A stretch of 64,000 nucleotides of DNA. Source: Enterobacteria phage XTG1. Below are positions 1 to 5,631 of this stretch, one piece after another. The notes beneath the pieces are model-generated. The model did no database searches, was not told where the DNA came from, and was given only the letters and a program-made list of their open reading frames with translations. The DNA is taken from sequence record KT184316.1; one strand, 5' to 3'. The stretch's first letter is position 1; the number at the start of each line of letters is the position of its first letter. Made by a program: the position numbers and the translations under genes.

Positions 1-22
1 CTCCAACAGAGACCAAATTAAT

Positions 23-97
23 GTTCCAGTAGACAAAACGGTAAAGTCACCACTCTTTCAAAGTGGATATTTGAGGGTTCAAATCCCTTCTGGAACG
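23..97 (+). tRNA. tRNA-Glu (anticodon TTC)
   Basis: Manual cloverleaf: acceptor gttccag/ctggaac, anticodon loop ctttcaa, T-loop ttcaaat, CCA follows. Confidence 0.7.
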
Positions 98-192
98 CCA
101 GTTTTGACAGAAGACCAATTACAGCAAACTTAATCTTATTCATCTGAAGGTAAATCGGACAAAGAAGAGATTTGGTCTGGTCATTAAGAATT

Positions 193-264
193 GCGGGTAT
201 AGAGAAAGGGCGTCTCACATGTCTCATTAGCATGGTATCGGCAGGTTCGACTCCTGCACCCGCC
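193..264 (+). tRNA. tRNA with CAT anticodon (Met or Ile2), slightly atypical
   Basis: Acceptor gcgggt/acccgc, D-stem gaga/tctc, anticodon loop ctcatta, T-arm gcagg-ttcgact-cctgc; position 37 is T. Confidence 0.5.
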
Positions 265-347
265 TCCAATTTTGCAGAAGACCGTTTACAGCAACAAAAT
301 ACTTTTTGCGGATAAAAGAAAAAAAACACGGTCTGGCAATGTATTAA

Positions 348-421
348 GGTTAGGAAGCACATAAGGTATGTGCGGTCGCCTGTTAAGCGAATGGCACAGG
401 GTTCGAATCCCTGACTAACCG
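348..421 (+). tRNA. tRNA-Asn (anticodon GTT)
   Basis: Acceptor ggttagg/actaacc, D-stem gcac/gtgc, anticodon loop ctgttaa, T-arm caggg-ttcgaat-ccctg, CCA encoded. Confidence 0.7.
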
Positions 422-432
422 CCAAATTAAAT

Positions 433-517
433 GTGTCGTTATCCCGTAGATGGTAGCGGTGGGGACTGTAAATCCCTTGTCATTGAGACTCGGTAGGTTC
501 GACTCCTACACGGCACA
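433..517 (+). tRNA. tRNA-Tyr (anticodon GTA), long variable arm
   Basis: 85 nt; anticodon stem-loop gggga-ctgtaaa-tccct; T-arm gtagg-ttcgact-cctac; CCA encoded. Confidence 0.65.
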
Positions 518-526
518 CCAAATAAA

Positions 527-601
527 GGTTATGTAGTTTAATCTGGTTAAAATACTCCCCTGTCACGGGAGATGATGAGGGTTCAAATCCCTTCGTAACC
601 G
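527..601 (+). tRNA. tRNA-Asp (anticodon GTC)
   Basis: Acceptor ggttatg/cgtaacc, anticodon stem-loop ctccc-ctgtcac-gggag, T-arm gaggg-ttcaaat-ccctt, CCA encoded. Confidence 0.7.
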
Positions 602-840
602 CCAAATTATAATAAGTATTTCAAAATGATGTTTGAGAGGGCTATTTTAGCCCCTCCCTTAAAGAGTTCTTACGAGTATTCTTTAAAGGAGCAGAAGACC
701 AAATTCAGCAAGTACGTATGATATTTTCAAGCCAATTTAATTTTGAAAAAATTTATAAAACTTGGTCTGGCTCAACAATTTTACAGAAGACCGTTTACAG
801 CAAAACTTAAACAATCTATTTCTCCGGTAAAGAAAAGGCG

Positions 841-884
841 AAGGTTCGATTCCTTCACTCGGCAGATGTCGAGTTGGTGTAATG
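841..884 (+). pseudogene. tRNA-like fragments in permuted order (3' half directly followed by a 5' half); possible pseudo-tRNA or split/permuted tRNA
   Basis: aaggttcgattcctt-cactcggca (T-arm plus 3' acceptor strand) lies 3 nt upstream of gtcgagt-tg-gtgtaatggtagcac (5' acceptor strand plus D-arm); the two acceptor strands are complementary; no complete cloverleaf found. Confidence 0.3.
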
Positions 885-917
885 GTAGCACTTAAGATGA
901 TAAACAACGGTCTGGTA

Positions 918-1059
918 ATTATCTTTGTAGATAAGTTATTAAGCTTACCTGTGAGTATGCGACCACAAAGGGTGAAAGGGTAAATTCTAGATTTAAACCC
1001 AAAAAGGCACATCGCTACAGACCTTAAGCAAGTCTGGGTAGCTTATCTACAAAGATAAT
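918..1059 (+). ncRNA. Long hairpin element closed by an 18-bp perfect inverted repeat; candidate small structured RNA in the tRNA cluster
   Basis: attatctttgtagataag at 918-935 is the exact reverse complement of cttatctacaaagataat at 1042-1059; 106-nt interior. Confidence 0.35.
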
Positions 1060-1065
1060 TTAATG

Positions 1066-1137
1066 GAAGTGTAGCAGAATGGTGATGCGGCAGACTTTTA
1101 ATCTGACAGGCGATGGGTTCGAATCCCTCCACTTCTA
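1066..1137 (+). tRNA. tRNA-Lys (anticodon TTT)
   Basis: Acceptor ggaagtg/cacttct, anticodon loop cttttaa, T-loop ttcgaat, CCA encoded. Confidence 0.6.
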
Positions 1138-1218
1138 CCAAATTCACCCTTAACTGAGAAACACCTGCGCGGCTGGAAACACCCACTCAACAGTTTCTCT
1201 AACTAGGGTACTTATTCT

Positions 1219-1292
1219 GGTTCAGTCGCAGATAAGGTAATGCAAGGGTCTCATAAGCCCTATGAATGTGGGTTCGATTCCCATCTGAACCT
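1219..1292 (+). tRNA. tRNA-Met (anticodon CAT)
   Basis: Acceptor ggttcag/ctgaacc perfect, anticodon stem-loop agggt-ctcataa-gccct, T-arm gtggg-ttcgatt-cccat. Confidence 0.7.
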
Positions 1293-1296
1293 CCAA

Positions 1297-1369
1297 GCTG
1301 GTATAGTTAAGAAGGTTATAACACTCCCCTGATAAGGGAACATCGGTGGTTCGATTCCACCTACCAGTA
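1297..1369 (+). tRNA. tRNA-Ile (anticodon GAT)
   Basis: Anticodon stem-loop ctccc-ctgataa-ggga, T-arm ggtgg-ttcgatt-ccacc, CCA encoded. Confidence 0.65.
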
Positions 1370-1387
1370 CCAATTTCAATAAAGTTG

Positions 1388-1416
1388 TTGACATTGAGAT
1401 GTGACTACTTTATAGT
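1388..1416 (+). promoter_or_regulatory. Sigma70-like promoter (TTGACA, 17-bp spacer, TATAGT) inside the tRNA cluster
   Basis: ttgaca at 1388-1393, 17-nt spacer, tatagt at 1411-1416. Confidence 0.5.
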
Positions 1417-1618
1417 AACCTTAGTTTTCGTTGCGTAGCGTCTATTTTGCAAATTTAAAATAAATGCAAACGACAATGTTTTTCTGGCAGTAGCTTGATA
1501 GGCTAAACACCAGTGAGGTCTTCCAATCCCTCATCAAAGAATTTGGCGTACTCGCCCACGGTATGATTAATAAGGTGGGCATCTTTAAGGGCTTTCTAAG
1601 AGAGTCTTTAAAGATAAT

Positions 1619-1692
1619 GCACCCTTAGTTCAATTGGATAGAGCAACGGTCTTCTAAATCGTTAGTTACAGGTTCGAATCCTGTAGGGTGTA
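1619..1692 (+). tRNA. tRNA-Arg (anticodon TCT)
   Basis: Acceptor gcaccct/agggtgt, anticodon stem-loop acggt-cttctaa-atcgt, T-arm acagg-ttcgaat-cctgt, CCA encoded. Confidence 0.7.
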
Positions 1693-1837
1693 CCAAATAG
1701 TTAGCAGATTACTTAGACGGCCTTAGTGGGTCTTCCTGTAGGGAGGTGGTCTGTATCTCATGTTTTCCAGAACATGTAAATAATCTGAGAAGAAGCTTGA
1801 CAGTGTTGAGATAACAGGGTAAGCTTCGAATTATAAT

Positions 1838-1917
1838 ATGGGACGATGTTAAGACTCTAAGGCATGAGCAACGGCCTCCAAAACCGTTTCAAAGGGGTTC
1901 AACTCCTCCGTCCCATG
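1838..1917 (+). tRNA. Atypical tRNA-like gene, possibly tRNA-Trp (anticodon CCA) with an extended D region
   Basis: Perfect acceptor atgggac/gtcccat, T-loop ttcaact, GCCA after; loop ctccaaa on stem acgg/ccgt; about 7 extra nt between acceptor and anticodon stem. Confidence 0.4.
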
Positions 1918-1933
1918 CCAAAGTCTTATTAGG

Positions 1934-2021
1934 GGTAGGTAGCGGCTAATGGTAGCCAAACTGTCTTGAAAACAGTTGCCACTGTAGAGATACGGTGAGG
2001 GTTCGACTCCTTTACTTACCG
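1934..2021 (+). tRNA. tRNA-Ser (anticodon TGA), type II with long variable arm
   Basis: 88 nt; acceptor ggtaggt/acttacc; anticodon stem-loop actgt-cttgaaa-acagt; T-arm gaggg-ttcgact-ccttt; flanked by inverted repeat cttattagg/cctaataag. Confidence 0.65.
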
Positions 2022-2176
2022 CCTAATAAGATTTACTCCGTCCATGCTTGTTCGCATTGTCGGTTTATCCCTCGTGTATTGTCGTACACTGTCAAAGCAC
2101 CTAGTAGGTGTCACGGAGAAGAGATAATATCAAGCTCTCCAAAGGTTCTAGTCACCGGATTAAACAAGACTATGCA

Positions 2177-2198
2177 AAGACCTAAATAGGTCTTTTTA
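2177..2198 (+). terminator. Hairpin plus T-run, terminator-like
   Basis: aagacct-aaat-aggtctt followed by ttttt. Confidence 0.35.
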
Positions 2199-2276
2199 GA
2201 GGGCTTCTAAGGTTATTACAGCTTGTTGTGGAGCCTTGTTGCTTAGGTTCTTAGAAGTTCTCTAAAAAGATTTAAT

Positions 2277-2350
2277 GCACCTATAGCCCAACTGGTAGAG
2301 GCAGCAGACTTAGAATCTGCTCAGTGTGAGTTCGAATCTCTCTAGGTGTA
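2277..2350 (+). tRNA. tRNA with TAG anticodon (Leu-type) but short variable arm
   Basis: Acceptor gcaccta/taggtgt, anticodon stem-loop gcaga-cttagaa-tctgc, T-loop ttcgaat, A73, CCA encoded; 74 nt. Confidence 0.55.
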
Positions 2351-2360
2351 CCAAATTAAT

Positions 2361-2433
2361 GCAGGTGTAGCAAAATGGTTATGCGGCTGACTCTTAATCA
2401 GTAAGACGATGGGTTCAATTCCCTCCACCTGTA
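2361..2433 (+). tRNA. tRNA-Lys (anticodon CTT)
   Basis: Acceptor gcaggtg/cacctgt, anticodon loop ctcttaa, T-loop ttcaatt, CCA encoded. Confidence 0.6.
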
Positions 2434-2442
2434 CCAAACAAT

Positions 2443-2515
2443 GGGGTCATAGTTTATATGGTTAAAATTCGAGTTTTGCAAACTTGGGAACCGAGTTCAA
2501 TTCTCGGTGACTCCA
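2443..2515 (+). tRNA. tRNA-Ala (anticodon TGC)
   Basis: Acceptor ggggtca/tgactcc with G3:U70; anticodon stem-loop cgagt-tttgcaa-acttg; T-arm ccgag-ttcaatt-ctcgg; CCA encoded. Confidence 0.65.
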
Positions 2516-2524
2516 CCAATTAGT

Positions 2525-2596
2525 GCATCCATAGTTTAAACGGGAAAATTACAGTCTTCCAAACTGAGGTTGAGGGTTCGATTCCCTCTGGATGCT
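2525..2596 (+). tRNA. tRNA-Gly (anticodon TCC)
   Basis: Acceptor gcatcca/tggatgc perfect, anticodon loop cttccaa, T-arm gaggg-ttcgatt-ccctc, CCA encoded. Confidence 0.7.
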
Positions 2597-2606
2597 CCAA
2601 ATTAAT

Positions 2607-2679
2607 GCTCCTATCGTATAATTGGTTATTACGGTTGCCTTGTAAGCAACTTATCAGGGTTCGAGTCCTTGTGGGAGCA
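2607..2679 (+). tRNA. tRNA-Thr (anticodon TGT)
   Basis: Acceptor gctccta/tgggagc, anticodon stem-loop gttgc-cttgtaa-gcaac, T-arm caggg-ttcgagt-ccttg, CCA encoded. Confidence 0.7.
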
Positions 2680-2778
2680 CCAATTCAGAGGTCAAGTGAA
2701 AGACCGCTTTGAGTCAACTGAAGACCGTAACAAATTCCACGGAGTTGAGTTAGCGGCACAACTCCAGACCTCTTTCAT

Positions 2779-2850
2779 ACTCGCTTAGTTTATATGGTAA
2801 AACATCACCCTTACAAGATGAAGAAAAAGGTTCAAGTCCTTTAGTGAGTA
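2779..2850 (+). tRNA. tRNA-Val (anticodon TAC)
   Basis: Acceptor actcgct/agtgagt, D-stem gttt/aaac, anticodon loop cttacaa (one C-A mismatch in stem), T-arm aaagg-ttcaagt-ccttt, CCA encoded. Confidence 0.6.
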
Positions 2851-2854
2851 CCAT

Positions 2855-2929
2855 GTTCCAGTATCCCAATTGGCAGAGGATGCAAGCTCAAACCTTGTAT
2901 TAGTGACGGTTCGAATCCGTCTTGGAACA
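2855..2929 (+). tRNA. tRNA with CAA anticodon (Leu-type) but short variable arm
   Basis: Acceptor gttccag/ttggaac, D-loop aattggcaga, anticodon stem-loop gcaag-ctcaaac-cttgt, T-arm gacgg-ttcgaat-ccgtc, A73, CCA encoded. Confidence 0.55.
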
Positions 2930-2937
2930 CCAATTTT

Positions 2938-3010
2938 GCAGGATTAGTTCAAATGGAAAGAGCAACAGTCTACGAAGCTGTTAATAGGGGTTCGAATCCC
3001 TTATCCTGCG
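2938..3010 (+). tRNA. tRNA-Arg (anticodon ACG)
   Basis: Acceptor gcaggat/atcctgc perfect, anticodon stem-loop acagt-ctacgaa-gctgt, T-arm agggg-ttcgaat-ccctt, CCA encoded. Confidence 0.7.
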
Positions 3011-3030
3011 CCAGATAAAAAGGTGATACT

Positions 3031-3273
3031 ATGCAAACATTAACAGTAGTTGAACATGAAAACTGTGAGAGTATTGAGTTTGTCAGGGTCATTGGTGTTG
3101 AACACCACATTTTCTTAAAAGTGGGATACTTATGTGACCCCGCTAGAGTAGAAAGATTTATACGTGATTGTTTTGGTGGTAGACATCTGAAGAGTGTTAT
3201 TTTTGAGACAGTTTTACCAGAAGGTTTAGAAACGAATAATAACATTTACCTCCTTACGAGGATTAGACAATGA
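3031..3273 (+). CDS. Hypothetical protein (80 aa) embedded in tRNA cluster
   Basis: ORF with RBS aaggtga 7 nt upstream of ATG; stop overlaps next start (ATGA). Confidence 0.5.
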   Translation: MQTLTVVEHENCESIEFVRVIGVEHHIFLKVGYLCDPARVERFIRDCFGGRHLKSVIFETVLPEGLETNNNIYLLTRIRQ

Positions 3274-3827
3274 GATACTTAAAGTATGCTTCATGGATTT
3301 TCTTAGCTTTGTTAGAGCCATTTGCAGCAATCTTAGCAGTTATCTTAGCACCTTTTGTAGTTCCATTCTACAGTGAGAAGAAAGGACACTTACCTTTCGG
3401 GTTCAGATGGATGGAGACATATGACAACCCAATTGATGGTGATGAAGGTCACTTTAAAAGATGGGCTAATATTAGATGGATTGGTAAACTAGGCGTCTAC
3501 ATGCAAAGAGTCGGATGGCTCTGGAGAAACAAAGCTTATAACTTCTCTTACCATGTATTAGGAAGAGATGTAAAAGATGTTACTAAGTGGAAAGGTAATA
3601 TCAACGTAAGTTCTGACCCTGAAGATAATCAGACTGGTTATCTCCTAATGTGGAACAGTAATGCTTGGGGATTATTCGCCTTTATCCCATCAATTAAAGT
3701 CTTTGGTAAACAGTTTTACTGGAGAATTTATATTGGATGGAAACTAAAAAGTGTTGTCCCAGAAGAAAGAGCATTCTCAAGGGAAAGAGTTATGTTGGCA
3801 TTCTTTATTCATCCACTGAGAAAGTAA
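3270..3827 (+). CDS. Hypothetical membrane protein (185 aa)
   Basis: RBS gagga upstream; N-terminal hydrophobic stretch WIFLALLEPFAAILAVILAPFVVPF; translationally coupled to upstream ORF. Confidence 0.55.
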   Translation: MRYLKYASWIFLALLEPFAAILAVILAPFVVPFYSEKKGHLPFGFRWMETYDNPIDGDEGHFKRWANIRWIGKLGVYMQRVGWLWRNKAYNFSYHVLGRDVKDVTKWKGNINVSSDPEDNQTGYLLMWNSNAWGLFAFIPSIKVFGKQFYWRIYIGWKLKSVVPEERAFSRERVMLAFFIHPLRK

Positions 3828-3835
3828 AGATTTAA

Positions 3836-3908
3836 AGGGGATTAGTTTACAAGGTTAAAACCTCGGTCTTTGAAATCGAAGAAGTTGGTTCAATTCCAAC
3901 ATCCCCCG
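3836..3908 (+). tRNA. tRNA-Gln (anticodon TTG)
   Basis: Anticodon stem-loop tcggt-ctttgaa-atcga, T-arm gttgg-ttcaatt-ccaac, CCA encoded. Confidence 0.65.
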
Positions 3909-3913
3909 CCAAT

Positions 3914-3989
3914 GCTCCATTACTCCAATTGGCAGAGAGGCCAGACTTAAAATCTGTGTTATGTATCGGTTCGAATCCGATATGGAGTA
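3914..3989 (+). tRNA. tRNA with TAA anticodon (Leu-type) but short variable arm
   Basis: Acceptor gctccat/atggagt, D-loop aattggcaga (paralog of 2855-2929), anticodon loop cttaaaa, T-arm atcgg-ttcgaat-ccgat, A73, CCA encoded. Confidence 0.55.
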
Positions 3990-3997
3990 CCAAATTT

Positions 3998-4070
3998 AGC
4001 GGTATAGCATAACTGGCAATGCAACAGTCTCTGAAGCTGTCCTATTAAGGTTCAAATCCTTATGCCGCTG
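3998..4070 (+). tRNA. tRNA-Gln (anticodon CTG)
   Basis: Acceptor agcggta/tgccgct, anticodon stem-loop acagt-ctctgaa-gctgt, T-arm taagg-ttcaaat-cctta, CCA encoded. Confidence 0.6.
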
Positions 4071-4104
4071 CCACTTCTAAGGATTCTTACGAGAGTCCTT
4101 AAAT

Positions 4105-4177
4105 GTGGCCTTATCATAAATGGTAATGACCCATGCTGTGAACATGGTCTATACGGGTTCAAATCCCGTAGGTCACC
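4105..4177 (+). tRNA. tRNA-His (anticodon GTG)
   Basis: Acceptor gtggcct/aggtcac, anticodon stem-loop ccatg-ctgtgaa-catgg, T-arm acggg-ttcaaat-cccgt, CCA encoded. Confidence 0.7.
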
Positions 4178-4185
4178 CCAATTTA

Positions 4186-4260
4186 TAGTCCAAGTAGCTT
4201 ATATGGTTAAAGCGCGTGTCTGAAAAACATGAGAAGAGGGTTCAAATCCCACTGGACTAC
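4186..4260 (+). tRNA. tRNA-Phe (anticodon GAA)
   Basis: Acceptor tagtcca/tggacta perfect, anticodon stem-loop cgtgt-ctgaaaa-acatg, T-loop ttcaaat. Confidence 0.65.
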
Positions 4261-4278
4261 CAATTTCAAAGGTGCTTA

Positions 4279-5013
4279 ATGAAAGAGATGACAGAACAAG
4301 GTAAGGAGATTTTTAATCTCTTAAAAACCGGTAGAGGGTTTTCTAATCCCCTTATTACTGGTGCAGCAGTTCTCGGTGGAACCGTAGCTGCCTCTACATC
4401 ACTTGTAAGTTCTATTAGCTCTGTAACAGACCCTACAATGAAGGAGAAACTTGTTGCTGCTGGACTTACAACAGTCCTTCTAAACAGCTTTACAACAAGC
4501 CTTACAAGCACTACAGCGACTACTAAGACCTTAACAGACTATGGTCAAAAGTCTATTGATGAGTTTTCATCACGTATGCAGGTAGCAAAGGGGTATTCCA
4601 ATGTTATGGGTGCAGCAGGGGAACAAGTTGGCTGTACACCGTTTAGTGGTATTATGGGCGTTGCTACAGAATATGGTCAAAAAGCTATTGACACAATTAA
4701 CAGTGCACTAGATGTCGTTAATGATGTATTAAGTGACTTACAAGATGCTATTGACAAAGGTCTTGATACTATTTCTGATTTAGCTAACCAAGCTGTTAGT
4801 AAGATTAATGAAGGTATTTCGAAGATTACAGCTTATGCAGATGAAGTTGTGCAGATGATTGAAGAAGAAGCTGCTCTTATTGCAGAGTACCTTAAAACGA
4901 ATATCAATGGGTTCTTAGCAGGTATCTTACCAGACTGGTTTGATGATGCTTGTAAAACTGGTGTGATTGACACTATTGCAACACCAGAAATGAAGAACGC
5001 ATTACAGAAATAA
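4279..5013 (+). CDS. Hypothetical protein (244 aa, Ser/Thr/Ala-rich); start refined to ATG 4279
   Basis: Track ORF 4216-5013 begins inside tRNA-Phe; in-frame ATG at 4279 has RBS aaagg upstream (MKEMTEQ...). Confidence 0.55.
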   Translation: MKEMTEQGKEIFNLLKTGRGFSNPLITGAAVLGGTVAASTSLVSSISSVTDPTMKEKLVAAGLTTVLLNSFTTSLTSTTATTKTLTDYGQKSIDEFSSRMQVAKGYSNVMGAAGEQVGCTPFSGIMGVATEYGQKAIDTINSALDVVNDVLSDLQDAIDKGLDTISDLANQAVSKINEGISKITAYADEVVQMIEEEAALIAEYLKTNINGFLAGILPDWFDDACKTGVIDTIATPEMKNALQK

Positions 5014-5014
5014 T

Positions 5015-5104
5015 GGAAGATTAACCCTAAAAGGTAAGGGAGCAGTTTGCTAAACTGCCAGTAGCTGAGAAATCGGTGTACCAGTTCAAGTCTGGTATCT
5101 TCCT
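5015..5104 (+). tRNA. tRNA-Ser (anticodon GCT), type II with long variable arm
   Basis: 90 nt; acceptor ggaagat/atcttcc perfect; anticodon stem-loop gcagt-ttgctaa-actgc; T-arm accag-ttcaagt-ctggt; CCA encoded. Confidence 0.7.
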
Positions 5105-5111
5105 CCAATTT

Positions 5112-5184
5112 GAATCCGTGACAGAAATGGCTATGTGCCTGTCTGCAAAACAGGTTTATAAGGGTTCGAGTCCCTTCGGATTCT
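5112..5184 (+). tRNA. tRNA-Cys (anticodon GCA)
   Basis: Acceptor gaatccg/cggattc perfect, anticodon stem-loop cctgt-ctgcaaa-acagg, T-arm aaggg-ttcgagt-ccctt, CCA encoded. Confidence 0.7.
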
Positions 5185-5349
5185 CCAAGTTATTTTACTC
5201 TCTCTCAATTAAAATAATAATAATGCCCTGCTATAAGTATTCTTCCTTTCGCTACCGAAGAGTATTTTTAGACAGGGCTTTTTTACAGAGCTATACTTTA
5301 TAAGAAGACTTATACAGTATGTCTCTGACGTACATTGTGGTTTCTCCTT

Positions 5350-5373
5350 GACGGTCTCTGTGCCGTCTTTTTT
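5350..5373 (+). terminator. Rho-independent terminator closing the tRNA region
   Basis: gacgg-tctctgtg-ccgtc followed by tttttt. Confidence 0.6.
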
Positions 5374-5409
5374 AAGGGGAAACATGGTTAATTATTTGGA
5401 GAAAACATA

Positions 5410-5610
5410 ATGAGTGAGACCGTTTATAAAGAACTTTATGAAGCTAACAAGAAGCTAGAATTTATGCAGAATACTATCATGGCAATTGCAGACAGATTAT
5501 CTGTAGCAACAGGCATTGATATTAAAGAAGCATCTATGGATGCACTTCTTGATGCTGTTGATGCAAAGTTCGAAGTTAAGAAAGAAGAGACTGCTACAGA
5601 CTCTGAATAA
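5410..5610 (+). CDS. Small acidic hypothetical protein (66 aa) just upstream of terminase
   Basis: RBS tggaga upstream of ATG 5410; position could fit a small terminase-associated protein but there is no motif support. Confidence 0.45.
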   Translation: MSETVYKELYEANKKLEFMQNTIMAIADRLSVATGIDIKEASMDALLDAVDAKFEVKKEETATDSE

Positions 5611-5631
5611 TTCTATTTGCGGAGGTGCTTA

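Noticed and set aside
18-425. Minus-strand ORF of 135 aa in the ORF track
   Set aside because: It lies antisense across three tRNA genes and their spacers, has no RBS, and the region is better explained by tRNAs.
737-1012. Minus-strand ORF of 91 aa
   Set aside because: Overlaps the tRNA-like fragments and the inverted-repeat hairpin region; no RBS or coding signal.
1430-1560. Possible additional tRNA (T-loop-like ggtcttccaatccc)
   Set aside because: No complementary acceptor arms or anticodon stem could be folded; looks like spacer with hairpins (gcccac/gtgggc).
1995-2189. Plus-strand ORF of 64 aa
   Set aside because: Starts inside tRNA-Ser (1934-2021) and runs through hairpin-rich spacer; likely non-coding.
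4216-4278. Upstream part of track ORF 4216-5013
   Set aside because: The first 63 nt overlap the 3' part of tRNA-Phe; an in-frame ATG with RBS at 4279 is the more plausible start.
5225-5285. Long imperfect hairpin gccctg ... cagggc followed by tttttt as a second terminator
   Set aside because: Stem arms are about 40 nt apart with poor internal pairing; the compact terminator at 5350-5373 is the more convincing signal, so this is not listed as a feature.
5617-5631. Track start of terminase at 5617
   Set aside because: Position 5617 is a non-ATG codon; the ATG at 5632 is preceded by a GGAGG RBS at canonical spacing.
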